A stretch of DNA of 64,000 bases from an uncultured Pseudomonadota bacterium (GTDB lineage: Bacteria; Pseudomonadota; Alphaproteobacteria; RF32; CAG-239): the NCBI GenBank assembly GCA_949297185.1, contig CASFRM010000005.1:2368-66367 (forward strand), in the 5' to 3' direction. Positions 1-9,847 of this stretch are shown here, in pieces; within the stretch, counting starts at the first letter, position 1, and the number at the start of each line of letters is the position of its first letter. The translations under genes and the position numbers were made by a program. Under the pieces are notes generated by a model that saw only the letters and a program-made list of their open reading frames with translations, ran no database searches and had not been told where the DNA came from.

Positions 1-117
1 ATCAGGATTATACGGGGTTTTATTCCCGTCGGTATAAGTTTCTCTTAAAGATTTTTCGGTTTCCAAATATGAAAATTCCGATTTTTTTGCCACTACGGCT
101 TGACTGTATCTACTCAT
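1..117 (-). CDS. 5' part of an unidentified gene running off the window start (MSRYSQAVVAKKSEFSYLETEKSLRETYTDGNKTPYNPD...)
   Basis: ATG at 117 opens a stop-free frame to position 1. It lies downstream of a putative leader peptide and terminator. Confidence 0.6.
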   Translation of the reverse strand, partial: MSRYSQAVVAKKSEFSYLETEKSLRETYTDGNKTPYNPD

Positions 118-156
118 TTTATTCAATTCTCGATTATTCAATTAACACACGCGCAT

Positions 157-201
157 AAAAAAATAGCTTGTCGTTTATTATCCTCCAAGCACCCAAGCTA
201 T
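157..201 (-). terminator. Putative attenuator terminator
   Basis: Minus strand ATAGCTTG...CAAGCTAT stem followed by a T run. The loop is large. Confidence 0.5.
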
Positions 202-221
202 CTAAACTGTAATTGAAATGC

Positions 222-347
222 TCAGAGGACCATAATCAACAAAATCAAGTTGATAATCAAAATTTGAGCAGAAATCACAAAAGAACCACCCTGATTTAAA
301 TTCAGAGTTGCAAACAAATCAAATCTATTGCTTACAGAATGGTTCAT
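222..347 (-). CDS. Putative 41-aa Ile/Leu/Val-rich leader peptide (MNHSVSNRFDLFATLNLNQGGSFVISAQILIINLILLIMVL)
   Basis: AAGGA Shine-Dalgarno 5 nt before the ATG. 11 of the last 13 codons are Ile/Leu/Val. Followed by a terminator-like hairpin. Confidence 0.55.
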   Translation of the reverse strand: MNHSVSNRFDLFATLNLNQGGSFVISAQILIINLILLIMVL

Positions 348-422
348 ATCAATCCTTTTAACTAATCTCTTTGCAAATTTTTATATAATTTATCAAGCAT
401 GTCAATAATTTTTTTGTATTAT

Positions 423-453
423 AAAAAAGCCGCCACAATTTTCTTGCAGCGGC
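423..453 (-). terminator. Intrinsic terminator of fucO
   Basis: Minus strand GCCGCTGCAA...TTGTGGCGGC stem plus T6. Confidence 0.75.
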
Positions 454-477
454 CATTCAAGCAAAACAAACTATGTT

Positions 478-1638
478 TTATTTACCGTTATATGCTTTTT
501 CATAAACTTTTAAGACCAATTCTTTGGTGCAAGGACGGGGATTTCCGCCGGTGCAAACATCAGCCATTGCAGCCTCGGCCAAAGCTTCCAAATTTTCTTT
601 TTTAACACCGATTTCTTTCAAAGTTTTTGGAATTCCAACATCCTTTGATAACTTTTTAACTGCCTTTATTGCTGCTTCACGATATTCGGCTTGCTTCATA
701 TCATCAACATTTTTAACTCCCATGGCTCTGGCAATTTCTTTAAACTTTTTGCCGGTATTCGGAGCATTAAACTCCATAACATACGGCAACAAAACAGCAT
801 TTGCCACACCATGCGGGGTATCATAAAACGCCGATAACGGATGCGCCATTCCATGCACCACACCCAAACCGACATTAGAAAAGGCCATACCGGTTACATA
901 TTGTCCCAAGGCCATACCTTCACGACCGTCAGGATCATTATCTACGGCTTTGCGCAAATTTTTAGAAATCAATTCGATTGCTTTTAGGTTCAAGGTATCA
1001 GCAAGTTCCCAAGCTCCCAAAGTTGTATATCCTTCAATGGCATGAGTCAGAGCATCCATACCGGTTGCCGCAGTCAAACCTTTGGGCATTGAAGACATCA
1101 TATCCGGATCAACTATTGCCACCACCGGAATATCATGAGGATCAACACAAACAAACTTTCTGCGTTTTTTCTCATCTGTAATTACATAATTAATGGTTGT
1201 TTCAGCGGCTGTTCCGGCGGTTGTTGCCACAGCAATTACCGGCACACTTTTATTTTTGGTCGGAGCAACCCCTTCTAATGATACCACATCATCAAATTCC
1301 GGATTATTGATAATAATTCCGATTCCTTTTGCCGTATCTTGCGGTGAACCGCCTCCAATAGCAATCATATAATCGGCCTTAGCTTTTTTGAAAGCCTTAA
1401 CACCACTTTTAACCACATCGACACTTGGATTAGCTTTAACTTCATCAAAAATTTCATATGGCATTTTGTTTTTATCCAAAAGGTCGGTAACTTTTTTAAC
1501 TACCTTAAATTTCACCAAATCTTTATCGGTTACGATTAATGCCTTTTTAAATGCTCGATTTTTAATTTCGTTAACAATTTCATTAACGGCGCCATGCCCA
1601 TGATAACTTGTTTCATTCAAAATAAAACGATAAGCCAT
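478..1638 (-). CDS. fucO: Lactaldehyde reductase (iron-containing alcohol dehydrogenase)
   Basis: N-terminal RFILNETSYHG, GGGSPQD, DALTHAIEGY, GLGVVHGMAH, PHGVANA and CTGGNPR motifs. GGAGG RBS. Confidence 0.9.
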   Translation of the reverse strand: MAYRFILNETSYHGHGAVNEIVNEIKNRAFKKALIVTDKDLVKFKVVKKVTDLLDKNKMPYEIFDEVKANPSVDVVKSGVKAFKKAKADYMIAIGGGSPQDTAKGIGIIINNPEFDDVVSLEGVAPTKNKSVPVIAVATTAGTAAETTINYVITDEKKRRKFVCVDPHDIPVVAIVDPDMMSSMPKGLTAATGMDALTHAIEGYTTLGAWELADTLNLKAIELISKNLRKAVDNDPDGREGMALGQYVTGMAFSNVGLGVVHGMAHPLSAFYDTPHGVANAVLLPYVMEFNAPNTGKKFKEIARAMGVKNVDDMKQAEYREAAIKAVKKLSKDVGIPKTLKEIGVKKENLEALAEAAMADVCTGGNPRPCTKELVLKVYEKAYNGK

Positions 1639-1719
1639 GCTAACCTCCTTTTTTACAACATTAAAAAAACAACTGGGTGATATATTAAGCCCCTAATATT
1701 TAAGCTTTGGTAAAAAAAC

Positions 1720-1747
1720 AAAAAGCAGCCTGTCAAAAGCTGCTTTT
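1720..1747 (-). terminator. Intrinsic terminator after the NUDIX gene
   Basis: AAAAGCAGC...GCTGCTTTT inverted repeat. Confidence 0.65.
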
Positions 1748-1756
1748 CTAAAAATG

Positions 1757-2218
1757 TTACAAATCCTTAATCCCAATAACATGAAAATCATCATCGTAAA
1801 TGAACTGCCGTTTTACATATTTTCCGGAAATTATTTCCGGTAGGAAATTTCTATCAGCCTCTCGCATTTTATCATATGGTATTTGGTCCTCATCAATCCA
1901 AAACACCTCTGCCTCAGCCTTATTTTCATGAATTGAGCCACTGAACTTTGTACTTTTAAACACGTGAACATAAAAATTCTTGGTTGGAAACTCTATATAT
2001 CCAACTTCAACCGGATTCTCGATTTTCAAGCCGGTTTCTTCAAAAGTTTCTCTGATAACGCATTCTTCCATTGTCTCGTTTGGTTCTTTTTTTCCTCCCG
2101 GAAAATTAACACAACCTTGATTAATACCTCTTTGATGTTTAATCATCAAAAATTTGCGATTAACTTTATCTTCCACAATAGACAACGACGCTTCTTTTTT
2201 CATTTGTTTTTCTTTCAT
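1757..2218 (-). CDS. NUDIX hydrolase (8-oxo-dGTP diphosphatase-like)
   Basis: Nudix box GGKKEPNETMEECVIRETFEETGL. Confidence 0.85.
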   Translation of the reverse strand: MKEKQMKKEASLSIVEDKVNRKFLMIKHQRGINQGCVNFPGGKKEPNETMEECVIRETFEETGLKIENPVEVGYIEFPTKNFYVHVFKSTKFSGSIHENKAEAEVFWIDEDQIPYDKMREADRNFLPEIISGKYVKRQFIYDDDFHVIGIKDL

Positions 2219-2320
2219 AATAAAATCAGATGTTTATTTAATTTATGTAATAATTAATATTTTGCACAACATGCTAATCTTATTTTTCAATATTTTCAAG
2301 GTTATTTTACCAACACTTTT

Positions 2321-2791
2321 TTAAGCCGACAGCTTACAAACATCTACCCAATTAGAAGATTTTGTATATGTTTCCAATTCATCGGGTGTCAGCTCAATTG
2401 CACTGTTTGAACTGCCGCATGCCGGATATACAGTTTTATATTTTTTCAAAGACACATCCAAACAAATATCAACATTATCAGGCACACCGAACGGGCACAC
2501 CCCGCCAACTTCATGTCCTACATATTTAAGCACTTCGTCTGCCGTCAACATTTTTGCCTTAGCATGAAAAAAGGCCTTATATTTTGCGTTATCGATTTTG
2601 CAATCTCCAGCCATTACCACGAGCATAATTTTTCCCTTAACATCAAACGACAAAGTCTTGGCTATTTTTCCGGCTTCACAACCAAGAGCCTGTGCTGCCA
2701 AATCAACCGTTGCGCTTGAAACCGGAAATTCCAATATTCTGTTTTCTGCATTAAACTGACTTAAATATTTTCTAACACTATCCAAACTCAA
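2321..2791 (-). CDS. YbaK/EbsC family aminoacyl-tRNA deacylase
   Basis: SSATV..AA, IAKTL, GGVCPFG and YPACGSSNS motifs. TTG start with AAGGA RBS. Confidence 0.88.
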   Translation of the reverse strand: MSLDSVRKYLSQFNAENRILEFPVSSATVDLAAQALGCEAGKIAKTLSFDVKGKIMLVVMAGDCKIDNAKYKAFFHAKAKMLTADEVLKYVGHEVGGVCPFGVPDNVDICLDVSLKKYKTVYPACGSSNSAIELTPDELETYTKSSNWVDVCKLSA

Positions 2792-2875
2792 CTTCTAAAA
2801 TCCTTCATTTTGATATTTAACAAAACAAATAAAATATCACACGCCCCATCTCAAAAGTCAACAATACTCACCAAC

Positions 2876-2906
2876 AAAAAAAGCTCTCCGCAAGGGAGAG
2901 CTTTTT
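2876..2906 (-). terminator. Intrinsic terminator downstream of the tRNA
   Basis: AAAAAGCTCTCC-GCAAG-GGAGAGCTTTTT. Confidence 0.8.
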
Positions 2907-2909
2907 CAT

Positions 2910-2986
2910 TGGTGGGCCCTGATGGACTCGAACCAACGACCAGACCGTTATGAGCGGCCTGCTCTAACCAACTGAGCTAAGGGCCC
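2910..2986 (-). tRNA. tRNA with CAT anticodon, most likely tRNA-Ile2 (lysidine-modified)
   Basis: GGGCCCTTAGCTCAGTTGGTTAGAGCAGGCCGCTCATAACGGTCTGGTCGTTGGTTCGAGTCCATCAGGGCCCACCA: full cloverleaf, encoded CCA, ileX-like sequence. Confidence 0.93.
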
Positions 2987-3103
2987 GCCAGTTGACAACC
3001 ACGAAAATATGCTATTCGATTGTTATAGTCAAGAATTTATTTTCACAAAGCACAAAAAAAACACCTAAGAAAGATAGTTTCCTAAGTGCCATAATTAAAA
3101 ACA

Positions 3104-3322
3104 TCAAATTTTGCTGGATAACTCCTCTAATTTAGGCAAATACTTATTACAAAGAGCACATTCCTGTTTCTGCTCCTGCATAGTTGTCAATTTTACTCTC
3201 CAAATATCAACAATTCTACGGAAGCTCTTTCTGTCCTGAACTGAAAGAGAGTTTACACTGTCAACAAACTTTTCACCAAATCTACAAAAATCTGACAATT
3301 TCATTTCTAAATTTTTTTCCAT
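3104..3322 (-). CDS. Small hypothetical protein with CxxC
   Basis: 72-aa ORF with an upstream TTGACA-N17-TAGTTT promoter-like site and an AT-rich start without SD. Confidence 0.55.
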   Translation of the reverse strand: MEKNLEMKLSDFCRFGEKFVDSVNSLSVQDRKSFRRIVDIWRVKLTTMQEQKQECALCNKYLPKLEELSSKI

Positions 3323-3389
3323 AACAATTATATTTTTAAATAATAAAATAGCCGCGTCAAACTAGTTTTTTTTTATCCCCCTGTCAAGC

Positions 3390-3422
3390 AAAAACTCCGA
3401 TTTCAAGAAATCGGAGTTTTTT
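3390..3422 (-). terminator. rpoD terminator
   Basis: AAAAACTCCGATTTC-AA-GAAATCGGAGTTTTT inverted repeat. Confidence 0.8.
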
Positions 3423-3423
3423 A

Positions 3424-5538
3424 TTAATTATCCAAGAAAGAACGCAGCTTGCGTGACCTACTCGGATGTTTAAGTTTTCTCAACGCCTTGGCTTCAATCT
3501 GGCGAATACGTTCACGAGTAACATTAAACTGCTGTCCTACCTCTTCCAAAGTATGATCCGTATTCATGCCGATTCCAAATCTCATGCGCAATACTCTTTC
3601 CTCTCTTGGGGTCAAAGAAGACAATATACGGGTACAAGTCTCTTTCAAATTAGAATGTATTGCCGAATCCAAAGGTTGCAAAGCGCTCTCATCAGCAATA
3701 AAATCACCGAGCGATGAATCTTCTTCATCTCCGACCGGCGATTCCAAAGAGACTGGTTCTTTGGCGATTTTCATAACTTTACGAACCTTTTCCAACGGCA
3801 TTGACAATCTCTTAGCCAATTCCTCTGGCACTGGCTCTCTACCCATCTCTGCCAACATTTGTCTTGATGTTCTGACCAATTTATTAATAGTTTCGATCAT
3901 ATGAACCGGAATACGAATAGTTCTAGCCTGATCGGCAATAGAGCGAGTGATAGCTTGTCTTATCCACCAAGTTGCGTAAGTCGAAAATTTATATCCGCGA
4001 CGGTATTCAAATTTATCCACCGCTTTCATCAAACCGATATTTCCTTCTTGAATCAAATCCAAGAATTGCAAACCGCGATTTGTATACTTTTTAGCAATAG
4101 AAATAACCAAACGCAAGTTTGCTTCAATCATTTCCTTTTTAGCTCTTTCTGCTTCTCTCTCGCCTTTTTTAACGGTATCGACCATGCGGCGATATTCGCT
4201 TATCGGCAAGCCGCATTCTTGAGCCATTTGAGCAATACTGTCGCGCAATTCTGTAATTTCCAAACCATACTTAGCCACAAATTCTTGCCAATGTTTATCT
4301 TTGATTTGAGCAATTTCCTCCAACCATTTCGGATCGAGCTCGGCTTTTTGATATAATTTTAGAAAATCTTCACGTTTAATCTTACAACTCATGGCATAAC
4401 GCATTAATTTTCCTTCGAATCCCATGAGGCGTTTGTTGAGCTCATTCAACTGTTCAACCAATTGTTCTACTCTGCTGGCATTGAGGTGAATTGAACTCAT
4501 CAACTCGACCAAATCTTTCTTAACTTCCAGATATCTTTTTTCGACATTAGCCGAAACTTTTTTTCCGGCAATAATAGCAGCCACGCGCTGATTTTGAATT
4601 TTTTTCAACTCGTCGTAATAACCGGCGATTTTGTTCAATATATCCAATACAGGTTCTTTAAGAGCTTCTTCCATAGCTGCAATCGAAGCAGAAGATCTTC
4701 CGGCACCGCCTTCCTCATCTTCTTCGCCACCACTGCTCTCGCCATCTTCGCCTTCACCGCTCAAATCGTCGGATGTATCTTCTTCCGCATCTTCATCAAC
4801 CGGACCCTCAATTTCCATATCGTCATCGAGGTCATCGTCAATATCACCGAGGCTCTCTTTTTCATCCAACTCCTGTGCAACTTTGTCTAGGTCTTCATTG
4901 GCATTTGCATTAGGATCATCTTCTTCGAAAGCCATAGCATCGACATCATCGCCATACATCATTTCCAAATCGACGATATCTCTAAGTTGCATAGCTCCGT
5001 CTAAGAGCTCATCTCTCCAACCGGCGATAGCTTTAATTGTCATTGGGCTTTCACAAAGACCGTCGATCATAACGGTTTTACCGGCCTCAATTCTCTTAGC
5101 GATTGCAATTTCACCATCACGAGAAAGTAGTTCGACCGATCCCATTTCTTTCAGATACATTCTGACGGGATCATCGCTTCTACCCAACTCTTTCTCATCA
5201 AAATTGCCGCCCTCTTCATCATCTTCTTCATAATCGTCTTCTTCAATAGCATCGGCATCAAAACCTTCAGCATCGCTTTCCGAGATTATGCTAATTCCCA
5301 TATCGGATATTGAAGTCATGATATCTTCAATATGCTCCGAGGACTCTCTTTCCGACGGAAGAGCTCTGTTTAGTTCTTCCATGGTAATAAAGCCTCTGGC
5401 TCGTCCTTTGTCGATTAATCTTTTGACGGCACTTCCCAACGAATCAATTAACGGTGCATCTGCAGATGCACCCTCATACAAATCAGAATTTTCTATGTCC
5501 GACATTAATGTTCCTAATAAAAATCGATTTTCATTCAA
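3424..5538 (-). CDS. rpoD: RNA polymerase sigma-70 factor RpoD
   Basis: [47 protein letters not shown] and [13 protein letters not shown]. Start codon uncertain. Confidence 0.98.
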   Translation of the reverse strand: MNENRFLLGTLMSDIENSDLYEGASADAPLIDSLGSAVKRLIDKGRARGFITMEELNRALPSERESSEHIEDIMTSISDMGISIISESDAEGFDADAIEEDDYEEDDEEGGNFDEKELGRSDDPVRMYLKEMGSVELLSRDGEIAIAKRIEAGKTVMIDGLCESPMTIKAIAGWRDELLDGAMQLRDIVDLEMMYGDDVDAMAFEEDDPNANANEDLDKVAQELDEKESLGDIDDDLDDDMEIEGPVDEDAEEDTSDDLSGEGEDGESSGGEEDEEGGAGRSSASIAAMEEALKEPVLDILNKIAGYYDELKKIQNQRVAAIIAGKKVSANVEKRYLEVKKDLVELMSSIHLNASRVEQLVEQLNELNKRLMGFEGKLMRYAMSCKIKREDFLKLYQKAELDPKWLEEIAQIKDKHWQEFVAKYGLEITELRDSIAQMAQECGLPISEYRRMVDTVKKGEREAERAKKEMIEANLRLVISIAKKYTNRGLQFLDLIQEGNIGLMKAVDKFEYRRGYKFSTYATWWIRQAITRSIADQARTIRIPVHMIETINKLVRTSRQMLAEMGREPVPEELAKRLSMPLEKVRKVMKIAKEPVSLESPVGDEEDSSLGDFIADESALQPLDSAIHSNLKETCTRILSSLTPREERVLRMRFGIGMNTDHTLEEVGQQFNVTRERIRQIEAKALRKLKHPSRSRKLRSFLDN

Positions 5539-5636
5539 GCTTAAACTAACCTAAGTTAGTAATAATTTTTACTCTTTTTGTCAAGCATTAATATTTCGAT
5601 TCGCACCCAAAAAAACCTCGGTTTGCACCAAAACAA

Positions 5637-7430
5637 TCAAAAGCTGTCCGTTTCAACCAAGAGTTGATTAAATTCTTTTTTCAAGCTTTCAAACCTCATA
5701 TAATCTTCATCGGTAAAATTTCCGCTATCAATCACACTCTTAGCTTCACGCATATCAGCTTCTATTCTTTTAAGTTGTACCTCGACAATTCTTTCTTCCA
5801 AGTGCTTACGCATTTTTATAATATCCGGACACTGTTTTTTCAAGATACGCAGATCAACTTCTTTTTTCCACTCTTGCCCCAAAACTTCATCCAGTGAACT
5901 GACAAGTTTACTTTCCTCAGATATGGAATCATCATTATGAACGATTTCCAAAATTGTCTCGTACAAATTTTTTAGTTTGTCATCTTTTATTGCAAAATCA
6001 AATAATCTTTCCTCATACTCATCAACCAGTTCCGGGTACAAAACAAAAGCCGAAACGATGTATCTCGCGACCAGATCGTCCAAATCTGTTTTTACTTTTT
6101 TTATCTGCGATATTTTATCTTTTTTAGGCGGTAATTTATTATAAGAAACTATCTTTTCAAAATGCGGCATAAATTCAGATTTTATTTTATTTTTCATCTC
6201 TTGGACATAATAACCGCGCACGGTTTCATCCGTAATTTTAGCGATTTCCGCCTTAATTTCTTTTTCGATTCCTGCTTTCTGCTCCGGAGTTTGTAATTGT
6301 TTATTTTCTGTTGTTTTATGCCACAACAAATCTTTGAGTGGCATTGTGTCGGTAACAGTCTTCAAAAACTCATCAACACCTTTTGCCTTCAAAAACTCAT
6401 CAGGGTCCTGTTTATCGGGCAAAAAGGCATATTGCAAAGAATATGCAGGTTTTAATATCGGCAACACTCTATCAACCGAGCGCACGGCAGCTCTTATACC
6501 AGCCAAATCGCCATCAAAGCAACATATCGGTTCATTAACCACCTTCCAAGCCTCTTGAATTTGTTCTTCGGTCAAAGCGGTTCCCAAAGGAGCTACGGCG
6601 TAGCCTATGCCGTATTTATCCATGGCAATCACATCCATATACCCTTCACAAATAATCAACCTTTTGGCTTCATAGCCCTTTTCTCTGGCATTATTTAGGT
6701 TGTACAAGACTCGTCTTTTATTAAAGACCGGCGTTTCCGGAGAGTTAAGATACTTAGGCTGACTTTTATCCATAACCCTGCCGCCGAAAGCTATAACCTT
6801 TCCTCTTTTATCCATGATCGGAATCATAACCCGATTTCTAAAGAAATCATGCGGTCGATTATTTTCAGGAATAGTCAAGAGGCCTAATTCGGTCATCTCT
6901 GCATCGGTTATACCTTGTGACGACAGTTGTGCCTTTAATCCGTTATTATTTGGGGCAAATCCCAAGCGAAATTTTGTAATGATACTGTCATCAAAACCTC
7001 TGGCATACAAATAGTCCAGTCCTTCTCGCCCCACAGGAAGCCGTAAACACTTTTCAAAAAAGCGAGCCGCCATTTCCATAATATCATAAGCCGAAGCTCT
7101 TTTTTCTGCTTGTTCCTTGCTTTCCGGCGTCAATTTAGGCAACTGCATTCCGACTTTATGAGCCAGCTTTTCCACCGCCTCAATAAAAGTTAAGCCGTTT
7201 GCCTCCATCTCAAATTTAATAATGTCGCCATGGGCTCCGCAACCAAAACAATGGTAAAATCCTTTGGCTTCATTAACCGTAAACGACGGTGTTTTTTCAC
7301 TGTGAAACGGGCAGCAAGCTTGATACTCTCTGCCTTTACGCACCAATTTCACCTTAGAGCCGACGACATCAACAATTGATATCTTGGCTCTAAGTTCGTC
7401 ACAAAATCTCTGTAAATCGGTTGAAGCCAT
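5637..7430 (-). CDS. dnaG: DNA primase
   Basis: CPFH...CFGC zinc finger, FGGR, KYLNSPET, EGYMD, FDGD, DPD. Confidence 0.97.
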   Translation of the reverse strand: MASTDLQRFCDELRAKISIVDVVGSKVKLVRKGREYQACCPFHSEKTPSFTVNEAKGFYHCFGCGAHGDIIKFEMEANGLTFIEAVEKLAHKVGMQLPKLTPESKEQAEKRASAYDIMEMAARFFEKCLRLPVGREGLDYLYARGFDDSIITKFRLGFAPNNNGLKAQLSSQGITDAEMTELGLLTIPENNRPHDFFRNRVMIPIMDKRGKVIAFGGRVMDKSQPKYLNSPETPVFNKRRVLYNLNNAREKGYEAKRLIICEGYMDVIAMDKYGIGYAVAPLGTALTEEQIQEAWKVVNEPICCFDGDLAGIRAAVRSVDRVLPILKPAYSLQYAFLPDKQDPDEFLKAKGVDEFLKTVTDTMPLKDLLWHKTTENKQLQTPEQKAGIEKEIKAEIAKITDETVRGYYVQEMKNKIKSEFMPHFEKIVSYNKLPPKKDKISQIKKVKTDLDDLVARYIVSAFVLYPELVDEYEERLFDFAIKDDKLKNLYETILEIVHNDDSISEESKLVSSLDEVLGQEWKKEVDLRILKKQCPDIIKMRKHLEERIVEVQLKRIEADMREAKSVIDSGNFTDEDYMRFESLKKEFNQLLVETDSF

Positions 7431-7445
7431 AAGTTACAATCTGCC

Positions 7446-7898
7446 TTAAGATAACAAGCCCTTTATTATGGCGTTGGCTTTTCCCATATCCATTTGTCCG
7501 GCGTATTTTGCTTTTAATGCCCCCATAACTTTACCCATATCTTTCATTGATGAGGCACCTGTTTCGGCAATAATTGCCTTTATTGCGGCTTCGGCCTCTG
7601 CCTCAGACATTTGCTTGGGCAAAAACTTCTCAATAACTGCAATTTCGGCTTTTTCTTTTTCGGCCAATTCCGGACGATTACCTTCAATAAACATTTTGAT
7701 TGAATCATTGCGTTGTTTAATCATGCCTTGCATCATAGCCATCAATTCGGCATCGGTTGCTTTTTCCTGTCCCTTACCTCTGGCTTCGACATCTTTTTCT
7801 TTCTGTCCGGCAATAATCATTCTGATAGCACTGGTTGTTGCCGCATCTTTAGCAAGCATTGCTTCTTTTAGAGCTTTTTGCAAATCTTCTCTCAACAT
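7446..7898 (-). CDS. GatB/YqeY domain protein
   Basis: LKEAM.AKD, KQR..SI, FLPKQMSE and MKDMGKVM motifs. Confidence 0.92.
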   Translation of the reverse strand: MLREDLQKALKEAMLAKDAATTSAIRMIIAGQKEKDVEARGKGQEKATDAELMAMMQGMIKQRNDSIKMFIEGNRPELAEKEKAEIAVIEKFLPKQMSEAEAEAAIKAIIAETGASSMKDMGKVMGALKAKYAGQMDMGKANAIIKGLLS

Positions 7899-7974
7899 TT
7901 TTCATTCCTTTCTTATCAAAAAACTGCCTCAAGCATAAACACCTTGCCTCAAAAAATCAACAAGTTTATCAAGC

Positions 7975-9771
7975 TTAAAAATAATACCGTAAACCGAGCG
8001 AAAATTCTTCAGTATCATCGCCGTAATTATTTTCTGCAAGCACATTCCCGCCGATTGCCCAGTTGGTATCGAGCACATAATTTGCCTCAACCTTGTAGGT
8101 TATCTTTTGTCCCAATTTCTGACTTGCCCACTGTGGTTCAATTTCTGCCAATATTTTCCATTTTTCAAAATCAGCAAAAATTCCGGCATTTACATTCATT
8201 GCTAACCATGAATTATGCGGTATATCTCCGCCATATGTGATTTTGCTATTGATAATCATAAATCCCCACAGCCAATCACTAAAAGCATAAGTTCCGCCTG
8301 AACCGACACTTAGGTTGCTTAAATATCCGAATTTTTCATCTTTTGGATTTTGCCATCTTTCAACATTGGCTTTTATTTGAAAAGAAATCGGCCTAAACAT
8401 TTTATCAATCGGCGAGATTGAGCGAATGGTCAACAAATCAAAATTTTGCAACACAAAATTATCTTGATTATCGTAGTGACGTATTTTTGTTTCCAAAAAA
8501 TTTATCTCCGCGCCTTTAGGTAAACCAAAATTATTATCGGTCAACGATTGATATGCCGGACGATAAGCAATCTCTTGAAATGCTTCGCCGTTTCTAACTC
8601 CTGCTCCCGCAACGACACGCATTGAATCATGTGCTTTCAATGGCGAATTTCCATTTTCAAGCTCGGCAATACTTCCCTTTTCTTTTAATGCATTTCGGTT
8701 TCTCAAAGCATCAAAACTTTGTTTTCGATATTCTTTCAACTCCATTTTTCCGGCAACATATTGGTACTGCACAAATTGATAAGCCGTCTCATACACATCG
8801 ACTTGCTGTGCTTTACTCAAATTATTTTCCGCATCAAAATTTCCGCTTTCCAAAAACTGACTATAAGCTTTTTTTTGTTCATCATTCATTAGATTGTAGC
8901 GGTGCTTTATTTTATTTTGCCGTGACGGACGATAATTAATTCCTTTAACCAAATTATCAGCTTTATATGCTGCCTTAAAAGTATCCAAAGGAATTGCATG
9001 AACCGGAAATTGTTCGGCAAGTTTTAACGATGGTCTAACCGCATCAAGCATTTCCATCAGCATATAAGAACAATTACGCGATAAAAAATAATATTTTGAC
9101 TGTGTCTGCCCAATCTCCCACAAATGAGCTACAAAAAAATCCAACTCTTGCGGAGTTAGGTCTAGATTAAGTTCCCAGATATCGCGATTTTCAATATTAT
9201 TATAGGTATTGATAATGTCATAGTACGGTTTAACGGTAAATCCGCCATAATATCCTCCGGTTAAACCCAATATAGCATATAATGCCCCCGGATTTTCGCC
9301 GGTAAATGCGCCATAATTTGCTCCGTGTGCAAGCATTTGCGTCCCTTTTCGCTTAGTATCGATTCTAAGCAAAGTATGACCAAACATTGATGATGGATTA
9401 TTCATATAAGCATCGGTAAACAACAAAGTAACCCCGGCGGGTTGCAAATCTTGCCTAAATTTATCATACTCGGCACAATCCGGAAAATCTGTTTCGATTA
9501 ACCCGTTTTTTTCAAGCAAAATATAACGCGACGGAAACAAACATTTTTTTTCATTATCATCAGAATTAAAAAGTTCAATGGTAGCTTTAAGTTCTGCTTT
9601 CGGATTTGTTTTTCCGTCTTTCGCCAAAAAGAAGTTTTCGGAATCTATAGAGCTTTTGTTATCATGATAATGTCCTACGGCCAACCACTCGTCACTCATG
9701 GCAAAATCATCACTTGCCGCCCAAGCTTCATTTGACGCAAACAACATCAATATCAATAAGCTCCACCGCAT
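7975..9771 (-). CDS. DUF4105 (Lnb-N-like) domain protein with probable C-terminal beta-barrel
   Basis: Signal peptide, CLFPSR, PSSMFGHT and YYFLSRNCS motifs. Beta-strand-like C-terminus ending YYF. Confidence 0.8.
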   Translation of the reverse strand: MRWSLLILMLFASNEAWAASDDFAMSDEWLAVGHYHDNKSSIDSENFFLAKDGKTNPKAELKATIELFNSDDNEKKCLFPSRYILLEKNGLIETDFPDCAEYDKFRQDLQPAGVTLLFTDAYMNNPSSMFGHTLLRIDTKRKGTQMLAHGANYGAFTGENPGALYAILGLTGGYYGGFTVKPYYDIINTYNNIENRDIWELNLDLTPQELDFFVAHLWEIGQTQSKYYFLSRNCSYMLMEMLDAVRPSLKLAEQFPVHAIPLDTFKAAYKADNLVKGINYRPSRQNKIKHRYNLMNDEQKKAYSQFLESGNFDAENNLSKAQQVDVYETAYQFVQYQYVAGKMELKEYRKQSFDALRNRNALKEKGSIAELENGNSPLKAHDSMRVVAGAGVRNGEAFQEIAYRPAYQSLTDNNFGLPKGAEINFLETKIRHYDNQDNFVLQNFDLLTIRSISPIDKMFRPISFQIKANVERWQNPKDEKFGYLSNLSVGSGGTYAFSDWLWGFMIINSKITYGGDIPHNSWLAMNVNAGIFADFEKWKILAEIEPQWASQKLGQKITYKVEANYVLDTNWAIGGNVLAENNYGDDTEEFSLGLRYYF

Positions 9772-9847
9772 AAAAACCTCTTATTAAACAAAAGAGGAAA
9801 ATATCATCAATGACAATATTTTCCTCACTTCAAACAAATATCAAAAA

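Noticed and set aside
280-297. T-box riboswitch (minus strand AATCAGGGTGGTTCT)
   Set aside because: Lacks the ACC of the GGTGGNACC consensus and a recognisable stem I. It lies inside the leader ORF.
2910-2986. tRNA-Met call, or tRNA used as an integration site
   Set aside because: The sequence is Ile2-like, lacking the initiator GGG/CCC anticodon stem. No duplicated 3' end or integrase was seen.
4631-5233. 200-aa Ser-rich plus-strand ORF
   Set aside because: Antisense shadow of the acidic region of rpoD. The same applies to most short overlapping ORFs in the track.
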